DNA from: Octopus bimaculoides
Taxonomy: Eukaryota
Assembly: GCF_001194135.2 (NCBI RefSeq)
Contig: NC_069000.1
Span: 43,346,738-43,383,821, forward strand
Reading direction: 5' to 3'
DNA: 37,084 bases
Each line of letters opens with the position of its first letter. The stretch's first letter is position 1. This document shows, in pieces, positions 33,848-37,084 of this stretch. Made by a program: the position numbers and the translations under genes. The notes below the pieces were generated by a model. That model searched no databases and was not told the origin of the DNA. It saw nothing but the letters and a program-made list of their open reading frames with translations.

Positions 33848-35267
33848 TATACTAGTCACTATAGTGGGGAGTTGCTTATCGAAAGATTTTAAGGGCTGCA
33901 TGTATTAATTTATATATAGACAGAGAGATAAAGCGGTGAAGAATAGCAGATAGCATGTGCTGTCGTTCTTTCAGTGACCACCAACGATGGCCAGAGTTGG
34001 CAAAAGTGAAGGGGCAGAACATCCTCTATAATTCTATAATTTATTCGGTCATGGAACTACGTAACACATACATACATATATATATGACGGATTTTCACTC
34101 AGCTTCCGTCGAGAAGGATTTAGTAGGGCGCAGGTCTATAATGGAAGACACTTGCCCAAAGTGCTGCACGGTGAAACTGAACCTGAAAACATCCGGTTGC
34201 AAATTGAATCTCTAAAGATTACATCTATGCCTACGCGATAGCCAAACATGCCCGTTCGTTTTTGTATGTGTGTATGTGTGTGCGCGCGTATGTATGTATG
34301 TGTGTGCGCGTGTGTGTGTGTGTATGTGTGTAGTAATATTATAGACGAATAGATCAGAGTAACCACAAATCGAAATAGGAGACGATAGGATTTATGAAAG
34401 TTAAAGAAAAGCATGAAACAAATCCATTCCAACAACACACACCGCTACACGCGCGCGCAAACACTAACACACACGTTCTTTTTACAGAATTGATAATATT
34501 TTAGCAAAGAATGTCACTGTTTCACTTTCCCGAAGCTAAATGTTTCGAATCCAGACACGCGGTGAACGTACTTTGGAATAATTTTCAGAATAGTTCTTTC
34601 CAATCATGTAAATTCCAAAGGAGATATTCTTGAAGAATTTAGCAGCGTTTTCTAAATTCAAAATACTCAGTTTTCGTAAATTGTTGAATTAACAAAAGCA
34701 GAGATTCTTTGCTGAAACATTAAATATTTAGAACACAATTTCTTCTTTTAATATATATATATATATATATGAGTGTATATATATATGAGTGTATATATGT
34801 ATGACGATAAAAGCATCTTCTGTGTTGCTCCTGGTAAGGTCTTACTTAACATCGGAATAGTAAAAGTGAAGNNNNNNNNNNNNNNNNNNNNNNNNNNNNN
34901 NNNNNNNNNNNNNNNNNNNNNNNNNNNNNNNNNNNNNNNNNNNNNNNNNNNNNNNNNNNNNNNNNNNNNNNNNNNNNNNNNNNNNNNNNNNNNNNNNNNN
35001 NNNNNNNNNNNNNNNNNNNNNNNNNNNNNNNNNNNNNNNNNNNNNNNNNNNNNNNNNNNNNNNNNNNNNNNNNNNNNNNNNNNNNNNNNNNNNNNNNNNN
35101 NNNNNNNNNNNNNNNNNNNNNNNNNNNNNNNNNNNNNNNNNNNNNNNNNNNNNNNNNNNNNNNNNNNNNNNNNNNNNNNNNNNNNNNNNNNNNNNNNNNN
35201 NNNNNNNNNNNNNNNNNNNNNNNNNNNNNNNNNNNNNNNNATATATATATATATACATATATATATC

Positions 35268-35442
35268 GTGGCACTCCGTCGGTTCCAGTTGAGGTTACGA
35301 CGACGAGGGTTCCAGTTGATCCGATCAACGGAACAGCCTGCTAGTGATAGTGGCGTGCAAGTGGCTGGGCACTCCACAGACAAATGTCTCCTTAATGTAG
35401 TTCTCCGGGGAGAATTCAGCGTGACATAGAGTGTGACAAGGC
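35268..35442 (-). mobile_element. SINE family C 3' half
   Basis: gacgacgagggttccagttgatccgatcaacggaacagcc...gtgtgacaaggct is the reverse counterpart of 9420..9560. Confidence 0.6.
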
Positions 35443-35444
35443 TC

Positions 35445-35605
35445 AAAATCACGAATTTCACAGTTTGCGAAGTAAACACAGCAATGTCACTTGGCACACT
35501 GCCTCATGAAGGTCACTACTAGCCCCCACTGCACGCGCAATCGTGTGCAAACATCTGTTAGCGCACTACAGGACTAGTCCCGGAATTTCTTGATTACACG
35601 TCGTA
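35445..35605 (-). mobile_element. Mariner TIR and 5' leader remnant, unit 3
   Basis: ctagtcccggaatttcttgattacacgtcg|ta with the same downstream flank (cacttccaaagg...) as 18434 and 18711. Confidence 0.7.
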
Positions 35606-36886
35606 CACTTCCAAAGGCCCTGCTACTAAAATATAATTTATAAATAAACACCAAAATACAAATAACATTTTTGCCCCATATTTTTCATTTTGGCTGTTGT
35701 GCCAGAATAATAGTGGTGTGTATTGATGAAAAATGCTAGTGAATCAATAAAAAGAGATTCTTATAAAATACCTTAATATCGGATCTGTCAGACAGAAAGT
35801 GTACCAACCTTTTTTTTTTTTGTGTCCCTATACTCTCATTTATAGATACCCCAGAATCCTCTTTCTCTCTAACTCTTTCCGTTTCCCTTATTTATTCTCT
35901 TGTCTTCCACTCATTTATTCGCACTCAAACCGTTACATTCCCTCAAACATTATTTATCATAATTTTCCTTTTTGACTGCCCCCGAATTAAAACGTCTTTC
36001 CTTCTGCTGATTTTTAATTCTAACCCTAACTCCTAAAACAATTCTCTTTCTTTTTCCTGTCCCACTCTCACTCACACTTAAACCGAACTATTTAATTTCT
36101 GACCCTAAGTCACTCAACCCATTTTTTCTCACACACTAACTCATCATTTCTTAGTCTGTCTCTTCTACGCATTGTATTTCTTCTCTCAAAATTAAGTCCT
36201 TCTCTTCTTGCTTGATATCGGAATAATCACATAAACAAAAGCTGATATTCTGGATAAATGCATTTAAAATATCAACTTTTGATGCTGCAATTCTTCCGAT
36301 ATTACTCGTATTCATCGTACCTTTATTCAGATTTTTGTACATCATCAGCATAGTCAGTTTAGAAAAAGGAAAACAATTTGTTTCTTTATTGCTTGATATA
36401 TCACCCTCGTTATTCTCATCCACTTCCCCATCGTCATCACCATTTGATGTCCCTTTTTCTATGATGACATAGATTAGACGGTTCATCAGGGGCTGGTAAA
36501 CCAGAGGAATGAGTCATGCACCAATGTCTACATTACAATAGTTTCTACAGATGGATGCTCTGCCTAAGTCCACCTACTTTACAGAGTGTATTGATGTATT
36601 TGTTGTGGCACCATCCCTAGTGAGGTCACCAATTCTCTGCAAGACAAGATCCCTCAACGGACTGTCGTAATCCATGCATCACTTTCTTAATTATTCTTTA
36701 TAAAAGATAATTTTAAAAATAATTTTCTCATTTCACAGGAGTGTTTTTATATTTCTTTCTGTTTTGCTTGTTGTGCACTTTTTCATTAATTAACTAATTA
36801 ATTTTATCACTTATTAGTTTCGTCACATTTCGACACGAAGATCCATCGCCAACTTTGCTCTAATTTATATTTGATCTGGATCAAAT

Positions 36887-37025
36887 ATGTCACGTGGTTA
36901 CAATGCTTTTGTTCGGGGCAGTCGGCACCCGTTTTCTCTACCAACCAACCTGTTGACGACAACGACGATAATGATGATGATGATAATGATTATAACAGTG
37001 ATGATATTTCCGTGCACCTCACACA
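36887..37025 (+). CDS. Two-Ig gene copy 3, exon 1 (MSRGYNAFVRGSRHPFSLPTNLLTTTTIMMMMIMIITVMIFPCTSH); rest of gene outside the window
   Basis: Paralogous to exon 1 of copies 1 and 2, with the same ATG context and A|gtaagt donor. Confidence 0.7.
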
Positions 37026-37052
37026 GTAAGTTAAAATTAAAAACAATAAATT

Positions 37053-37084
<32 letters not shown>

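Larger units (their letters stand above)
16260..37084 (+). repeat. Tandem segmental duplication, at least three units (starts about 16260, 26870, 34210)
   Basis: Collinear anchors in each unit: gaccacaaatcgaaatagga block, cagcgttttctaaattcaaaatactcag, mariner remnant, caaatATGtcacgtgg exon. Spacing is about 10.6 kb and 7 kb. Confidence 0.92.

Noticed and set aside
2617-35497. Long ORFs in the track rich in X, CV/HT/YI dipeptides or poly-I/M/H/Y/N
   Set aside because: They read through N-gaps or microsatellites and are not genes.

Overview
AT-rich, microsatellite- and SINE-dense animal genomic scaffold with 13 N-gaps. The repeat landscape resembles an octopus/coleoid cephalopod genome; this is inferred from pattern recognition, not a database hit. 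No prokaryotic features, CRISPR, rRNA or true tRNA genes are visible. Left part (1065..13629, +): a spliced soluble guanylate cyclase beta-1 gene (H-NOX, H-NOB/PAS, coiled coil, cyclase). Nine coding segments splice in frame; one exon and part of another are missing, probably in gaps. Right part (about 16260..37084, +): a tandem array of at least three copies of a 7-10.6 kb unit. Each unit carries an unnamed gene: signal-peptide exon with a poly-Met core encoded by an (ATG)n microsatellite, V-like Ig exon, second Ig exon, and (seen in copy 2) a short GPI-signal-like last exon, giving about 302 aa. Copy 3 shows only exon 1 before the window ends. The Ig exons of copies 1 and 2 are only about 70% identical in protein, while some non-coding tracts between units are 98-99% identical. 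This candidate diversifying cell-surface recognition family is the most interesting item. The remainder is decayed TEs (CR1/L2-like, RTE, R4/Dong-like, mariner, maT, SINEs).
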